Source: Rhina ancylostomus
Taxonomy: Eukaryota
Length of the DNA: 64,000 bases
Assembly: GCA_030265395.1 (NCBI GenBank)
Contig: JARFYF010000007.1
Location: 55,408,265-55,472,264 of the forward strand
Reading direction: 5' to 3'
The translations under genes were made by a program, and so were the position numbers. The notes below the pieces were generated by a model that was not told the DNA's origin, ran no database searches, and saw only the letters and a program-made list of their open reading frames with translations. Positions within the stretch are counted from its first letter, which is position 1; every line of letters begins with the position of its first letter. Shown in pieces: positions 61,661-64,000 of this stretch.

Positions 61661-62805
61661 GACTATAGCTCCACCTTTATACCATAATTATACCATAATT
61701 CCAAGCAAACTCATCTCTAAACTCTTAGACTTGTGACTCATCACCTCCCTTTGCAATTGGATCCTTGACCTCCTGACCAACAGACTGCAACCAGTGAGGA
61801 TAGGCAACAATAACTCTGCAAAGATTATCCTCAACACTGGTACCCCACAAGGCTGTGTCCTCAGCCCCCTACTTTACTTGCTATACATTCATGACTGTGT
61901 GGCCAGATTCGACTCTTAACTCCATCTACAAGTTTGAAGATGACACCACCATAGTGGGCCGAATCTCAAAAAGTGATGAGTCAGAGTACAGGAAGGAGAT
62001 AGAGAGCCTAGTGGCATGATGCCATGATGACAATCGTTCCCTCAATGTCAGCAAAACAAAAGAGCTGGTCATTGACTTCAGTAAGCGGGGCATTGCACAC
62101 TCTCCTGTTTACTTCTGTGGTGCTGAGATCGAGAGGCTTGAGAGCTTCATGTTCCTAGAAGTTAACATCACCAATAACCTGTCCTGATCCAACCACGTAG
62201 ACACCATTGTCAAGAGAGCATACCAACACCTCTACTTCCTCAGGAGGGGATAGAAATTCAGCACATCCCCATTGACCCTCACCAATTTTTATTGATGCAC
62301 CATAGAAAGCATCCTATCCAGATGCATCATGGCTTGGTATGGCAACTGCTCTGCCCGTGACCACAAGAAACTGCAAAGAGTTTTGGGCACAGCTCAGCAT
62401 ATCCCCTCCATGGACTCTGTCTACACTTCTCGCTGTCTCGGTAAAGCAGCCAATATAGTCAAAGACCCCACCCACCTGGGATATTCTCTGTTCTCCCCCT
62501 CCCATTGGGTGGAAGATCTGAAGGCATGTACCACAAGGTTCAAGGACAGCAGCTATCCCACTGTTATAAGACTATTGAATGGTCACCAAGTACGATAAAT
62601 TGGAGTCTAGGCCTCACAATCTACCTCGTTATGGCTTTGCACCTTGTCTTCCTGCGCTGCACTTAACTGTAACACTTTATTCTGCATTGTTATTGTTTTC
62701 CCTTATACTACCTCAATACACTGCTGTAATGAAATGATCTGTATGGATGGTATGCAAAACTGTACCTCAGTACATGTGACAATAATAAACCAATTTACCA
62801 ATTTC
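61661..62805 (+). mobile_element. 5'-truncated Rex1/Babar-clade LINE with a dead reverse transcriptase
   Basis: DYSSTF-TIIPSKLISKL (61661), [13 protein letters not shown] (61839), KFEDDT (61930), LNVSKTKELVIDF, and ORF 62329..62598 AWYGNCSARDHKKLQRV...IVKDPTH...RFKDSSYPTVIRLLN. Several stops and frameshifts, including an 11-bp duplication at 61679-61700. Tail aataataaaccaatttaccaat. Confidence 0.9.
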
Positions 62806-63579
62806 AAGAGTTTTATAAGAGCGAGATAGAAGCTGTCCTTAAACCTGGTGTTGTCACGGTTCTGAGTACTGGCCCTTGATTTGGCTCCTTAGATGCCTTG
62901 TTGTACAGCACATGGATTCCATGCTGGACTGATTNNNNNNNNNNNNNNNNNNNNNNNNNNNNNNNNNNNNNNNNNNNNNNNNNNNNNNNNNNNNNNNNNN
63001 NNNNNNNNNNNNNNNNNNNNNNNNNNNNNNNNNNATAGATGCTGCCCGACCCATTGAGTTCCTCCAGCATTGCGAGCGTCTAACCATTTTCAATTGAGTT
63101 GTACCACTCCAGGAGTTTTAGTCATAATTAACCCTTGCATTCTGTTTTTTTTAAAATCTTTTCAGAATTCTGCTTGCAGCCCACTCAAGATAAGATGTGC
63201 ATTGCTCGTCAGACTGGGGGGGGGGGTATATAGGTATTTAGCATTAACTCTTCTGCTCCATGAGTCATATCGTCTTGCACATTCATAGTCATGTTTCTCC
63301 AACCATAAAAGAGACAGCAAGCAAATAATCCATTGATGTATATTCCAGTGCCCTTTCACACTAGCTGCTTTCAGGTATGACAGGAAAAATCCTGCAGTCC
63401 ATTTTTACAATGTCCAGGGTAGACTCCCCTCATACATTCCATGATTAAAGATGTTTTGGCAGGCTGCAGAATTGTTATCCCAACCCCAGGAGAATTGGTT
63501 TGCTTCCAATTTCTTTCCTGCACATTTTTAAACACAATTAGCACCGCTTGGCAAATTGGACCGGATCTTACAGGCTATT

Positions 63580-63712
63580 GAGTCATAGAGAGTTGCATAT
63601 ACAGCATGGAAACAGCCCCTTCAGCCCAACTTGTCCGTGCTAACCAAGTTGTCTACCTGAGCTAGTCCCAGTTGCCTGCCTGATCCTGTATCCCTGTAAA
63701 CTTTCCTATCCT
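63580..63712 (-). mobile_element. CR1-type LINE 3' tail (antisense)
   Basis: atacagcatggaaacagccccttcagcccaacttgtccgtgctaaccaagttgtctacctga is the reverse complement of the 540-612 tail. Confidence 0.85.
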
Positions 63713-64000
63713 GTTTAGCTATTGTCAGCAGTTCCTGTTGGAATTCCAGGTTCTGCATCATGCTTCAAGTTGAGACATTTTTAAATCGCTTTGAGGATTA
63801 GACATATTTCAAAACTGTTAAAGTCAATTTCTGTTTTCATTGCTGGCAAAATTTCACCCACAGCTTTGCCAGCTGTTAGGGATGAATTCACGACAGAGTC
63901 TGTGCATTGCTCCATCCAAGAACCACTTGCCTGTAAGACCACTGGACACCAGGACCTGGTGACCCACTGTGATGGACCTTCCTCACCTGGATGACAAGTG

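Noticed and set aside
62329-62598. 89-aa ORF as a host gene
   Set aside because: It is a fragment of the dead Rex1/Babar LINE ORF.

Overview
Vertebrate genomic DNA. The repeat families (V-SINE, Deu-type SINEs, CR1 and Rex1/Babar LINE tails) point to a cartilaginous fish, probably a ray or skate; this is an inference. The window holds one complete + strand gene, ephrin-B2 (EFNB2). Its five coding exons are 8511-8629, 30804-31087, 48447-48539, 49889-49987 and 54075-54590. They give a 335-aa protein once a false 100-N gap in exon 5 is closed. The gene has a TATA/CCAAT promoter near 7850-7995 inside a broad CpG-rich domain, three uORFs, and a 3' UTR of about 2.9 kb carrying several miRNA and Pumilio sites. 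The rest is intronic or intergenic DNA with decayed LINEs/SINEs and assembly gaps. I found no evidence for a wholly new multi-gene system. The best leads are extra exon candidates inside EFNB2: a 21-nt in-frame microexon that adds a stalk cysteine, a stop/re-start cassette exon, a poison exon, and a recursive-splice-like site. All are motif-level predictions that need RNA-seq, because pseudo-exons are common in long introns. Comparisons with human proteins and repeat consensi are from memory, not from a search.
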